Below, one piece after another: positions 1-11,300 of a stretch of DNA of 64,000 bases. The DNA is from Hydrurus foetidus (Eukaryota). The stretch is from positions 1-64,000 of the forward strand of contig UYFQ01000843.1 of the NCBI GenBank assembly GCA_900617105.1, written 5' to 3'. The position numbers and the translations under genes were made by a program. Within the stretch, counting starts at the first letter, position 1. Each line of letters starts with the position of its first letter. The notes under the pieces are model-generated. The model saw only the letters and a list, made by a program, of their open reading frames with translations, did no database searches and was not told the origin of the DNA.

Positions 1-425
1 TACTTTTGTTCTCAGCACTAAGCTCGGGAGAGATGCCAAAAGCGAAAGGTGTTATTGACATAAAATCATATTTATTTACAGTTTTGCGACTTAATAAAAG
101 TTCAATATCTGTGTTCCTATTAACCCGCATTGTTAAAGGAATGGTATGACACTCGCCGTCATAAGAATGAAATTTGAGAATTAAATCAATCATTTCTGTT
201 ATTTATATAGCACTGGCCATCGAGACCAGAGCAAACAGTAATGGCTTTAGAAGCTGTATAACAGTTATGCGTTGCATTCAGTTTATCAATCATAGTGAAA
301 GAACCAAAATCCTCGGAATAGTTGGCGGTATCGAGTACGGCCTTGCCCACAATGCGTCGTACGCTAGATTGGCGCTCCTTATCCTTATCCTGTACAGTTA
401 CGTTGAGGTGGTCAGAAGGTAGAAT

Positions 426-636
426 AAGGGACGTCGATCCAAAAAATCTCGCGTACCGTTTCTTTTTTCAGGTGTTATACTCGCGACCAGTTTATTCCTA
501 GCACAACCACAACATATAGCCAACTAACCTGATGTCCAAATTTGAGCAGCAGCCTTCGTTGCTGTAGCTACCAGCTGACCAACTTTTCTTCGTCAGCCGA
601 GCAAAACTCTGTCCGCTGCCATCATTTCCGCGAGTC
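426..636 (+). repeat. Left terminal inverted repeat (211 bp)
   Basis: Reverse complement of 4975-5197 apart from a few substitutions and one 12-bp indel (cacaacttctcc, present only in the right TIR). Confidence 0.95.
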
Positions 637-664
637 CGTTCGAGTTTGCTGTATTATTTCTTGA

Positions 665-2607
665 ATGGGTGTCAAAGATTTATCGAAGGAGCTGAGATCG
701 TCGTCCAAAGTCACGACTCATTTATCAGACTTCAATGGAAAGATAGTTGGCGTGGATGCATCTATTTGGCTAAATAAGGCAATCTTTTTATCGCCTGAAA
801 TTGGCACATTTTTTCACCAGCTGCCGCAGGTGTCTCTAGGACACCAGATCAGCATCTATTTCGACCGACTTCTAGCTGTATTTGATTCGAACAGTATAAA
901 GGCACTTTTCGTGCTCGACGGTGCGAGGAACCCTCTGAAGGCAGCTACAAACGAGCAAAGAAAAAAAAGAGCTCTGAAGCCTTTACTGAGCTGTCAGATT
1001 TGATCAAAACAGGCGATCAAGAGCAATTAAAGAAAATCACAGCGCTCAAAAAGAAGGCTGTTTATGTACGTGAAGACATTCTTGCTGAATTCGCTCATTG
1101 GTGCACTCGTAGAGGCGTTCGATTCGTCAGTGCATTCATGGAAGCTGAGTGGGAGCTAACCAGACTTGAAAAAGACGGAATAATAGATGCCATTGTATCC
1201 GAAGATTCTGATTTCTTTGTTCTGGGGTCTCAAGTCATGATACAACTTTTAGACATCAACATTGATCCCGCAGGAGTCAATTGCACTGTAGTAACTGGGA
1301 GCACATGGTATGAATATGTCGACAGAATTATCACCAACCCAAGTAGTGCAGAGCTGGCTGACTTTGCCGTCCTTCTTGGTGTGGATTATTTAGACAGGGC
1401 ATATGGCAATTCTGTCAATAAAGTAAAACGCTTCTTTGCTGATTGGAGGACCTGTAAAGAGGAGGTCTTGTCGCAGATTGAATCAGACGGTCAAATAGGA
1501 GGGAAACGTTCTAGAGCCGGTATACCCGGTTATATCAAGACATTTAGAGAATCCACAAATATATTTCAGTTTGCACCGTGCTTTTGCGTCGAGAGCATTG
1601 TGGATGATCAGTCACTGAGAGAAGCGTTTTGGAGTGGGGCGTACAATGTTGTAAGGGGTAAACTGATCGCCATAGCAGATGGTTGTGACGAACTAACCCT
1701 TTTTGGTTTTAATCCGAACGACATTCTTCCCACCGAATTCGAAGTTAAGGATCTGTTTGATATGAAAACATGGATTAGGACACGTTGTCCCGTAGAGAAT
1801 TTTATTGTACCCCGTCCACGGAATACTAAGGACGAGATGTTACCGTGGGGATGCTTACTTAACTTCGAGGTTGTTCCTATTATCATGCAGCCTGCACAAG
1901 CACTTATTACTTACTTGGAGAGTAGGGGTCTGTCTCCCCGAGCTTCCAACACTCGTGAACAGCTTATTTCAGCCGTAGAGAGAGTCGCAAGTCAGGGTGA
2001 AAGAGGACCAGCTATACTTCCTTCAACCGATACAACCGGCAGTAGGCACTACATCAACTTGGAAGTTCTAACGTGCAACGAACCCCTAATATGGGAAATA
2101 TACGGTGAGATCATACTGAATCAAGTGCAGAAGTTGAGAAGAAGACTCGATGAGGCATTCATAAACAATTACTTTGGAGTGGGTCGTAACGGAGTGAGAG
2201 AGAGAGCATGGGGTAGAATTACAGGTGGTCACTTTGATATGAAAACGCTTCAGTCTACCATATGTAATTGTCGCATCCCTGAGGGAATTGAACGAGTGCG
2301 TATGTTTAGCATTAGATGTCCACCTTCTATGAAAAAAGATGTCTACACAATCTATTTAGTTTTGATATTATCTAGCGATTCATTTTTACCAGCACCAGCA
2401 AGTAGGTGCAATTGCCCTGTAGGTCGTTTGTTCTGTAGTCAAATGCTTGCATTTATTGTACTCCTAGGGATGATGCAAACCTTAAAGGATACTGAGAACT
2501 TTGAGTGGTTCGAATCTAACATGCCTGATCCCGTAAAGTCATTACACTCATTATGTATACCATTTCAATATGTGTATACCAAAATTGTTTTTTTCAGTAT
2601 CGTGTAA
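665..2607 (+). CDS. Transposon-borne XPG/FEN1/EXO1-family 5' nuclease fused to a SAP-like motif and a C-terminal SWIM zinc finger (one frameshift in the A-run at ~961-968)
   Basis: XPG-N: MGVKDL...VGVDASIWL...LFVLDG. XPG-I: SAFMEAEWEL...IVSEDSDFFVLG. H3TH-like: FAVLLGVDY. SAP-like: LITYLESRGLSPRASNTREQLISAV. SWIM: PSMKKDVY...CNCPVGRLFCSQ (last His replaced by Gln). ORFs 665-1003 and 1000-2607 join through a 1-nt shift in a homopolymer, which could be decay or a sequencing error. Confidence 0.85.
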
Positions 2608-2609
2608 GA

Positions 2610-4967
2610 TTAATAGTTAGGTGGTTTATTAAAAGGCTGCATAAGATTAGCATGTGCATGACCCCACTCTATCATAGCACCCATGATAGAAAAGTAACTG
2701 TAAGGTATAACATCGGTAAGTGCGTTATGGTCAGTCACTCTGGAGAATACTGCCTCTGAGGACCAACGCAAACGACATGTAACTAAATCACAACTTATTT
2801 CACTACTTCCAAATTGCTCTCGACCTGTCAGGAAGTGCGTTGTAACTTGCGCGTTTACGTTAGGATAACTAGGTGCGTCGAAGTAAAAGCCTCTGTCGGC
2901 TAGAACTGTACTACCTACGGGAATTTTGGCTAATTTCGTGTGTACCTACTCCAGCCTCTCCATTCAAGTGTCTCAACATTTCTAATCTCAATAGCCTCAT
3001 CTCGTTAAGGTAAAAGGATAACTGACATTTGCGAAGTTCTCCTTTACTATATGCTTTGTGTAATGACTCATGAATATCTAGCTGATCTCTTTTCATTGTG
3101 CTAGATTGATTCGGACCAGCTCTAAGCAGTATGTTGTTGCATTCTATAACAGTAGTCACTGAGTATTTCTTACATGGTTTCTCTGCTGACTCCCTTACAC
3201 GCATTTTCATCAGGAATCCCAGTCCACAGTCCGTTAGGTGTATGGGTGGAGAGCTGCTTTCTACTTCAGGTCGTCCTTCTGCTAAGACGTCATCTACCTC
3301 TATCATATCAGCATCGTTCTCATCATCGTCATCTATCTCTTGCCCCTGGTTACTTCCCTCCTTTACAACAGAGCGTAGAACTGGACATCTCTCCTCATAT
3401 TTTTCATTTTTGATGTACTGCGTAGGAGGTGTACGGATCTCTGGGACTTGAGATAGAGGTACAGTTGAGTGATATGATCCCCAAAGGGAGACAATTGCGC
3501 TCTCTGTTGCTCGTCCCATGAAGAGTGGTGTGTGCTCAACAGTAAGCCCAGAGGGGGTAGACCACGTTATAATCCTAGCTGTTGCGTGATGCACCTTGTC
3601 AGACCAGACCGCTTTCTTCATGGCACTATTTTTTTTCGGGTCGTCTATCATGAAGTCTTTGCCATCCACCAGAATCGCAACTTTGTCTTGATCAGCATCA
3701 CGAAAAATCTAAGGACGCTCAGCATCTAAGTACTCTTGGGTCAAATCTAGGTCAGATAAATAAGAACCTGCCGTCTCCCATCGCGCTGCCCAAACCTTCA
3801 CATAAATTCCAATAGATGATCTGTTTCTACTCCATATAGCGCCGATCATTTCATATGTTGTCCCCCTTCTCATGTGTAGTTTTACCATGGTACATTTCTC
3901 CCACTCGGTTACAACATCAGACTGAATCTGTCCACACACTAAAACGAGTTCGGGGAATAAACACCTACAGTACACTTTATACTCCTCGAATGTGGCAAAT
4001 CCAAGTAAGTGAGGACACATAGTAGGATTCGATGCATGCCAAGCATCTGACAGAATAGTAATTCGCTGTAACCCAGAGCTGTACATTGTAACGATATCAC
4101 GGTTATGATTTTTAACGGTTTTTTCATTCTCTATCGTTACTCTCAATAACTCCGATTCAGCTACTGTGCGCTTATCTGGAGACAATTCGAGTTCACTGCT
4201 CAAATTAGCAATCTCCAATTTGTGGTTTTTCATCACTCGCTTAATGTACTTCTCTTGTTGCTCACTAAAAGAAGACCTTACTTTTATGTCATCATCGAAG
4301 ATTTTTTAAAGCTTACGATCCGCTACTAATTTCGCTGCTTGTATCGCTTCTCCAGTAGCTTTTTCCTCCCTCAAAGGCCTCTTAGAAAAGCTACTAATTC
4401 GAGTTGGTGACATGATCTCGAGACCTATCTCGTATCTCGCGACATCTTTACCCCTCAACAGATCCTCTACCATTTTTAAAGACTGATTTGGTAACGCATA
4501 GTAATCCAATGAACCAGAGATACTGTCAACACCGCTCATTCCAACTTCCCTCCCGAGTTCTGCACCGATTACTTTTATAAAATGTGTCCCATGGAGACGC
4601 TGTGCATTTAAAATGAGAACCTTCTCGTGAAAATGAATGAACGACACATTTGGCTGCGCTACGTCCTCAATTTCGCTCGAACTCCCAGAAAAGAGGTGGC
4701 GAATATAGCCTTTACGAATACCAACGTTGAACTGATACTGTTTTGCAAGCTGATTTGTTGGTAGTTTTGGCAGAGATGTGAAACCAACCCTACACAATAA
4801 TAGCAGTAAATATGGAGTTTTCAGATCGATGCTTGTAGACACTCAAAGATCCAAATCAGTTGAAATTAAGACTAATCGTACACATGCGTGAGCCCTAGAG
4901 ACTCTAGGCGTCCTTGTAGAGAACCACATTCATCACGATTGGAGCAGCAACAGTATCTTCGCGGCAT
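2610..4967 (-). pseudogene. ISL2EU/Harbinger-type DDE transposase with THAP-like N-terminus and HTH; one predicted intron (4881-4790), two in-frame stops, one frameshift
   Basis: ATG at 4967 (MPRRYCCCSNRDEC). A GT..AG intron of 92 nt restores the frame (HV|VGFTSLPK...VSFIHF). HTH-like segment MRRGTTYEMIGAIWSRNRSSIG. Core motifs ILVDGKDF...WSDKVHHAT...TPSG...GRATE, then VLADRGF, RLRWSSEAVFSRV and ANLMQPF (hand-translated 2930-2610). In-frame TAA at 4306 and TAG at 3709; frameshift near 2940. Confidence 0.85.
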
Positions 4968-4974
4968 AACGACA

Positions 4975-5197
4975 GACTCGCGGAAATGATGGCAGCGGAC
5001 AGAGTTTCGCTCGGCTGACGAAGAAAAGTTGGTCAGCTGGTAGCTACAGCAACGAAGGAGAAGTTGTGGGCTGCTGCTCAAATTTGGACATCAGGTTAGT
5101 TGGCTATATGTTGTGGTTGTGCTGGGAATAAACTGGTCGCGAGTATAGCACCTGAAAAAAGAAACGGTGCGCGAGATTTTTTGGATCGACGTCCCTT
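4975..5197 (-). repeat. Right terminal inverted repeat (223 bp)
   Basis: Reverse complement matches 426-636. Confidence 0.95.
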
Positions 5198-7276
5198 ATT
5201 GATGGATCATGCAAAAGTTCATCGGGAATAATTGCTGAAATGACAGATGCAGTGATGCATGATACTGAATGCTCTATGTCAGTGATATCAGATGAATCGT
5301 CATCATGATCATATGTACCTTGTTGGTTTGCAGAGCGGGCGCTCGCGTTGTTATCCCCTTGGGGCGGGTTGTATTTACCCCCTCGAGGGTTCTTCCCTTG
5401 GTACCCTCTGCGACCACCTTGGTTACCCCCAGGGCCGGGGTTCCCTTGGTTGCGGTTTTGATAGTTTGGTTACCGTAACCTTGGTTCTGGTTACCTTGGT
5501 TTTGATTCCCACGGTTTCCGGAACCTTGGTTTTGGTTACCCTGGTTTGGGTTGGACCCTTTACCTCCACCCTGGTTACCCTTGTGCTTCTTGTTGTTGCA
5601 CATCAAGTAAGGGGGTGCCCCCGCAGGGTGGTATCTCTCCCTGATTTCGTACCCAGGTGGGATGAGTCTCTCCTGCCACATAACTTAAACCTGTGCCAGC
5701 CATGCCTTACCTACAAACGAATCAGACCAGTTACAGCCGTGATCGTTGTTGGTATCGGAATAGTACATGACTGTACACTCAGTTAGAATATGTGCAGGGT
5801 TTCCGCATGAGCGACAAACCCGGGCAGCAGGAACTAGCGGTTCGTCTAGAGTCAAACGTACCGCCAGGTTGCTACTCCCACTTGGGATATCGACATCACG
5901 TATAGCGAGTGTACTCGCCCGCTTTTTCTTAGAGCGGGGAGGAGGTACTGCTGTACAATGTCAGGGTTGCCATAACTCCTGCTCATGTGGATTGCCTCGC
6001 GTGCCGCCGTAACGACTGCGATAATGCGCATCATAGCGACTTCCCACGTCTTGGGGACTCGTTGTCACGCAATTTGTGAGCAATCTAATCCGCTTGGATT
6101 CGGCTCCCTCGAGGGAGTCGTTTCTAAAGAATCGAAATCAACTCGTCATGCTGTGATGCGGTGATATGACGGACACGTTCATGATCAGTAGCGATCTCTT
6201 TGTACGCCATGTACGTTACTAACTCTTCCTCATCAGAGGAAAGAGAATAGTGGAACGGGACCTTAGCAAACAGTTCTGCTAAGGTGTGATCCCCTTGTTT
6301 GTTCTTGCAAAAGTATTGCATTACCAACTTGCCAGCACTCTCTATCGGAAGGAGGTTTTGCCAATTAAGCCTTTGCTCGTTGGTAATAACTGCCAGTGTT
6401 GACTGATCAGTTAAGATTTTAACATGAAGCAAATCGATTGCTTGACGTTGCATGCATTGTTTAATATGCAAGTGAGGTAAGCGTTGTGCTTGCTCATAGA
6501 ATTCCTCAGCATCCTGCGGAGTAATATAATCCCCCCGTAGGATGAATATCTCACGCTGGATCTGAAGCGTCTGGGGGAACCCCATGTTTGACGATTGTGA
6601 GCTTTGTGAGATGTTAAGGATGTTTCCTTCCTCATCAATCTCCTGCTCGTTATCAGGCCCATTCGGCTCGGGCTCAGGATTGAGATCGTTGTCTTCCATC
6701 TTCTATCGTAGGAAGAGCAATCGATATAAATCAAGTTGTATCGAAGCGAGAACGAGTTTTCCTCGTCAAAAAAAATTTGCGAGAGCTTCGCCTGGTTCGC
6801 TTATTGGGTACTTTACGCAAGTAACAGCGAATGAATGAATTTCAACCCACTCTTCTCGAGAAAAATCCTATGGCGCGAAAGCCGAATTTTGGGTGATGAA
6901 ATTTTTGGGGTCCTGTTAAGGATGAAGGAAGAACTTCCTGTCGACCAAAAGACGTCCTTAGACTAATCTGATGTCTCTAGCAATGGAACCGGTGTCCAAA
7001 TTGCCAGTGGAGAACTCCTTAATTTCGAGTTGGGAAGCCTCTCGCGACTTCGACCAGAAACGAACTTTTGGAAACACCATTCGGAGGGTTCCAAGAAGGA
7101 AGCGGCTATGCCAAACTCCCGTAAACTTAAACTAAGTTCTCGGAGCTTCGGGCTCAGCGAGAAAACGACTCCTCGGAAGTCGTGGAGTGATCTACTCCGT
7201 TTGAAGTCTATCTAAAGATTGGCCGAGTAGATATTTAGAAGAAGAAGTGAAGAGGGATGAGCGGGAATAGCGCTAT

Positions 7277-7471
7277 TGTGGCTCTGGATGGGAAAGGAAG
7301 AGAGGAAAGGCTAGAGGTGGTAGTTAGTTACAGCTAAAGCTAGAAGCTAGGGTGAACTTCTACGTGGAGGCTGTAAATGGCTACGACGATACAACAGACT
7401 GTAGTGTACGGTGGGTAGTGTACCGTAGTACTATCCGGTAGGATCGGGACCTTGGACCCGGAACTACCACA
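7277..7471 (-). repeat. 5' LTR of Gypsy A (195 bp)
   Basis: TG...CA ends; shares cgtagaagtt..cctagcttctagc..tgtaactaact with the B LTRs. Confidence 0.8.
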
Positions 7472-8320
7472 TGAAGGATTACTTCAGAGACAAATACCAA
7501 GATCTGGAGTTGATATGCCAAGGTCCAATGATGATGACCATAGCACCGGCATACTGGCAAAGATTACGAAGGAGGTGGACTCTACTGGAAACCTGAACGA
7601 ACTTTTCATGGGAGCTCTTAGTAGCACGCACAGTGCTCATCTCAAGCTTGCGGGCCAACAGCAGCTCGACAAAAAGTCAGGCGATGAGGTCATCAGAGCT
7701 TTGTGTTCACCACAGCTCAACTCCCTGCTGGCTGTTGATGCCGCATTTCTGAAATGCAAACCAGACAGCCCACTTGAATAACTCACCATAATCAAGCGGC
7801 TTGTGACGGCAAGGCCAGATGGAAGCGGGGAAATCGACCGTCAAAAAGCCCTTTGCGAGTGATTTGGACTGAGGATGAACCACGGGGAGACGATGCTGTA
7901 CTATGGCCTGCGTGCCGTGAAGACATTCGAAAAACTCTCGATTACCGGTATACCAGAGAAAGCCCAGCCAAATCCATGCGCTTCATCGATGGACTCGACG
8001 GATCAGAACCAGCCTATCACGGCTACAAGATTCACCTGATCAACGCCAAACAGCAAACGGACCAGGACATATATCCAGACACCCTCGTTGATGCAATCAT
8101 GCGTTCAACAAGTTTTGAAACCTCGTTTGTCGAGAAAATCAATGAGACCCTCTCTTCGGCAACGCCGCATTCAGCTTTCGGAGCACAGCAGCAGACTGAA
8201 GATCGAGTGGGAAAGGATGCCAAGCATTTGGGGAAGGGCAAGGGTCACAAAGACAAATCTTCCAGCAAAGACACTAGAGCCGAATCCGACAAAGACAAAC
8301 CAAAGATAAAGTTCGAGGCG
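7472..8320 (+). pseudogene. Degenerate retrotransposon gag fragment, probably Copia-type
   Basis: Interrupted ORFs 7452-7781 and 7853-8332 contain MRFIDGLD...YHGYKIHLIN...YPDTLVDA followed by a basic low-complexity tail, a pattern resembling Copia gag. The fragment is truncated by element A on the left and joins the element C RT on the right. Confidence 0.45.
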
Positions 8321-11300
8321 AGGAAAATCTAAAACAGATTTTATTTTCTCAGCCAACATAGATAACCCCTCTTTAGAGATTACACGTCCGACGTATTCGA
8401 GGCGTGTAACTCCGAACTTACACTTCTTAGCTTTCAAGAATAAATTCTTTTCTCGGAAACGGACACGAAGTCTCTGCAGAAACTCGTCAGGTCCTTTACC
8501 AAATACAATGCAATCATCGAGATACATCTCACATGTTACATATAAAAGGCCCGCAAGGACAACCGTGGCCATCATCTCCTGGAAGTATGATGGGGCACGT
8601 TTGAGGCCGAAAGGCAATCGAGTGAATTTATATATTCCTGAGAAGCATATAAATGCAGTCAGGATTTTGGCTGATGCCGTAAGGGGTGCTTGATGGTAGC
8701 CGAATGTTAAGTCCATAACCCCAAAGATGTCAGGTTGACGAGCCCCAATGCGTTCAAACATTGCTGGAATGTTGGGGAGTGGCCAACTGGCCGATTTCGT
8801 ACAGTTATTAAGTGGCCGGAAGTCAATACATACAAGGTATTGTCCATGTGACTTCTGTACTACTACAGGGTGACTGTAGTATACCGCATTAGACTTCTCA
8901 ACCACCCCGATCCGTATCAGATCCTGAAGGTTATTGTGAATCGCCTCCTCCTTCTGTGAGGATTGGGGGCGGAGCGGGGTCCTGTTACCAGGTACTTCCC
9001 ATTGTGCCGCCTTATGATCAATATCAAAAGGAGGTATACGGGCCGGTTCACGGGCCACCTCATCTTGAAAGATGTCAATAAATTCGGTACATAATGCTCT
9101 GCATGCTGTTTGCAGAGCTTCCGACCCACCAAAGGTGATTGTCGAGATGGCATCGTTCGCCCTACCTGTTGGGGTAGGGTCTCTCATCAATGCAGAAAGA
9201 AACGGACCGAACGCATCCGTTTTGTCATCATCAATCTCATCTCCATTGAGATTGATTCCGCACGGCAAAACGCTCGCGGCGTTAAGTGTTACTGTGTTCA
9301 CTCTCGTCCCGGTCTCAGAAGGGGGGCGGTTAAGACCACTGCCCGTCCATAGCGCAGATGGACCCCACTCTTCTCCCACTGTTGGAATACGGTGGGTGCT
9401 CGAGTGATCTTCGTCTCCATTGTCAGCAGTGTCGGTAATTAGGCGACACTGTGTACCAGGACTATGCGATTCAACAGCGTCACTATGATGACAACAGACG
9501 TCGGTATGTGAATCTGTACCGATGTCGGACTCTGCCCTTAAGGGAAGTAGACCGATGTCATCCGGGCTATGAGACGTTTCGACTAACGTAGGTTCAAAGC
9601 CCATGCGTGTCGGTGTCAGCACAAACAAGTTGTGTTGATTCAGGGACTTGCGTCCGATGATCAGATCCAGTTGTGCAAAAGGATTAAAACTAAAAGTGAC
9701 ATAGATAGTGTGCTTAATATTACTATCATCGAGAAAAGTAAGACCTAAATCGACTAAGGTATTACACCTATAACAAGTGCCATCGAGCCCACTACAAACG
9801 TTAAGTGCGGTTGAAGACACATAACAATGAGTGAGTGCGTTGAGGAAAACAAGCAGTGATTTGGAAACAAAAACAAAATGATTTGCTACCCGTGTCTAAG
9901 AGCGCGTGCGCTGCGAGACGGAGTCTCGTGGACTGGGGTGATGACGCGGGCGTTGTGGGGGCGCGTCCCTGCAAGGATCTTCGTTCATCCTTGAAGACCA
10001 ATAATGAGAGAAGCTCATTAGGGTTTGTCGAATGTACCGCTGCTACAATCGAGTCAGACGGTAACGTACCTATGAGCGGTATTTCCGACATGTCGGTATG
10101 GTTATGGCAAGCCGCCAGCACCTCCGAGATTAGCGGTAGGGATGTATGGGGTGGCTGTAACACGTGAACACATGTGGGAATAACATCGTTGGTGTTATCC
10201 AACAAAGCATTGGGAGGAGTAGATACCTCCAATGCATCAGTTAGGTGTACATCAGAGTCGAGTATACATAGTGATGGTGGTGTTAGCATGCATCGCCACT
10301 ATCAATGCATCCACCACCATGGTATGAGTTAACGTACCATCGTATGGGGCTGGGAGTGCTAGGCCACTGCTGGCTGTGTTGATGGAGGTGTTGTTGGCCA
10401 ACGTGGTGTTGTTACCACCCAGGCCGTACCGCGATTTGTTGGTGGCGCTCCGGTTAAAGTTCCCCTCATGATTGGAATTCCCTTGGTACATTTTCTTATG
10501 ACCCCCCCCTGGAGGGGATTGTTGTTCAGCACCTCGTCAATGAAGTGAGTTTCACGACGTGGTATCTGAATCTTAAAGTGACCCAGACCAGGGATGCGGT
10601 CATGTAGAGGGTAGGTCGCATGACCGTACTGTGCCCACGTGCGACTCATGTTGGAATGGTCCCTCGGGACATTGTGGTTTGTGTTCGAATCCACCATCCA
10701 CATGTGTGGACAGCTTTTGAACACATGGTCCCTGTGTCCACACAAGTTACACTGCGGGAATGGTGCTGTTGGCAGTGCCAGTGGTGGTAATGCTGGGAGT
10801 ACTGCACCAACCAACAGGGTTTTGGGGTTTGTTGTGAGAGATAGCCCATACGGGTTTTGTCCGCGGGATGGCAATAAATGTCGTTGGGGTCTCCAAAAGC
10901 CGCTACGTGTAACTGTAGCTGTCGTACCGCATTGACTTGGGAGAAAAAGCGACGCATCGCGAATTCCCAATCGTCCGCGTCATGCAGGTTGATGCGCTTA
11001 TGCACTTTGTACTTGGCGGTGATGGCACCGTTAAGAGGCATCTTTTTCCTTAAATAAGAGTAAGTGCGGCATGGTCAGAGGTGCTGAGTGTGCCATGTGG
11101 TTCTCAACCACCTCCCGAAACTGAGTCATGCAGCGTATCTCGATCTCCCTTTTATTGTAACAAAAGGCGAGATGCACTTCGGAGAAATGCTCAGCCAGTG
11201 ACTGCCCGAGTTGCGTGTCAGCGCGAAAGTAGCGCAGGACTAATTGCGCTACTTGAGGGACTGTCAAGGTTTGGAGCCACACTTTACGTGTCTCCTCTGA

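Larger units (their letters stand above)
426..5197. mobile_element. TIR DNA transposon, ISL2EU-like (PIF/Harbinger-related), 4772 bp, two convergent genes, 2-bp AT target-site duplication; this copy appears decayed
   Basis: Termini AAGGGACGTCGATCC...GGATCGACGTCCCTT are flanked by AT (424-425 and 5198-5199). TIRs are ~211/223 bp. It encodes a DDE_Tnp_4-like transposase (-) and an XPG-family nuclease (+). Removing the element plus one AT restores the interrupted Gypsy reading frame. Confidence 0.9.
1..7471 (-). mobile_element. Gypsy LTR retrotransposon A (5' LTR, leader, degenerate gag-protease), interrupted by the DNA transposon and continuing off the window start
   Basis: 5' LTR 7471-7277 (TGTGGT...CCACA) resembles the LTRs of element B. 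Gag starts at 6699 and is homologous to B gag, with a CRSCGNPAHILTEC knuckle at ~5800. Bases 425-1 translate to ILPSDHLNVTVQ...KAVLDTANYS...MRVNRNTDIELLLSRKTVNKYDFMSITPFAFGISPELSAENK, colinear with the B protease region. Confidence 0.9.

Noticed and set aside
665..2607. Host EXO1/FEN1/GEN1 DNA-repair gene
   Set aside because: It is intronless, lies between TIRs opposite a transposase, is fused to SAP-SWIM, and the whole unit interrupts a Gypsy ORF. No host gene symbol was assigned.
3709..4308. In-frame TAA/TAG in the transposase as evidence of a ciliate-type genetic code or programmed readthrough
   Set aside because: Other ORFs here end at TAA (19049, 53431), and the host exons I translated show no internal TAA/TAG. 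Single substitutions in a decaying copy, which also has a frameshift, explain the stops.
423..5200. Kolobok (TTAA), Harbinger (TWA) or TSD-less Spy classification
   Set aside because: The flanks do not form TTAA or TWA direct repeats. Only the AT duplication restores the target ORF colinearly with its homologue.
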